Source: an uncultured Pseudomonadales bacterium
GTDB lineage: Bacteria > Patescibacteriota > Microgenomatia > UBA1400 > PJMF01
NCBI GenBank assembly: GCA_964511345.1
Contig: CAZEEV010000003.1
Coordinates: forward strand, 1-41,769
DNA: 41,769 bases
Direction of reading: 5' to 3'
Position numbers and translations under genes: made by a program. This document shows positions 40,919-41,769 of the stretch, one piece after another (within the stretch, counting starts at the first letter, position 1; each line of letters opens with the position of its first letter). Below the pieces are notes generated by a model. That model was not told where the DNA came from. It worked only from the letters and a program-made list of their open reading frames with translations, and ran no database searches.

Positions 40919-41769
<851 letters not shown>

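Overview
AT-rich, very gene-dense window read with the standard code (TGA, TAA and TAG all terminate long ORFs). It looks like a streamlined Candidate Phyla Radiation (Patescibacteria-type) bacterium. That is inferred from the divergent partial 16S rRNA at the right edge, which has mismatches in the classical 341F, 515F and 806R primer sites, and from the gene content.

Left to right:
- recQ overlapped by a small MazG-like gene
- a HigB/HigA-type toxin-antitoxin pair with a palindromic operator
- a bacterial Elp3 (radical-SAM/GNAT) divergently paired with a Trm9-like methyltransferase and followed by tRNA-Gln(UUG)
- a pentapeptide-repeat gene bracketed by about 40-bp direct repeats that begin in the tRNA 3' end
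- HAD and SGNH hydrolases, a membrane cytochrome-b5-like protein, an acyltransferase-3 protein and a cyclophilin
- a two-subunit 2-oxoacid:ferredoxin oxidoreductase facing a flavodoxin
- pyruvate kinase, a histidine phosphatase, a sugar nucleotidyltransferase and a GT-C glycosyltransferase
- tRNA-His and tRNA-Arg(UCU)
- a clustered uvrB-uvrA-[transglutaminase-like]-uvrC block, with a long out-of-frame overlap and a UvrC that lacks the (HhH)2 domain

Two accessory systems stand out:
1. 28.8-33.4 kb: a leaderless operon encoding a 7TM_transglut-like membrane protein ending in -QEEEE, a RimK-related ATP-grasp ligase with a degenerate retropepsin-like tail, and a DUF1704/MATCAP-family HExxxH...TEEGLA metallopeptidase. 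A convergent second ATP-grasp follows. I read this as a candidate writer/eraser system for C-terminal amino-acid tails.
2. 33.4-40.6 kb: a six-gene minus-strand operon of secreted and membrane proteins. It contains two tandem modules, each a WxL-like fibre or surface subunit plus a DUF916-like protein with a C-terminal TM anchor. It resembles the Firmicute WxL/csc surface-complex loci but is very divergent.

A recurring promoter geometry, TGnTAnAAT followed by 6-9 nt and then the start codon, suggests widespread leaderless mRNAs. I used it to refine several start codons.

No CRISPR array, integrase or transposase was seen. All family assignments come from motif recognition by eye and need HMM or structure confirmation.
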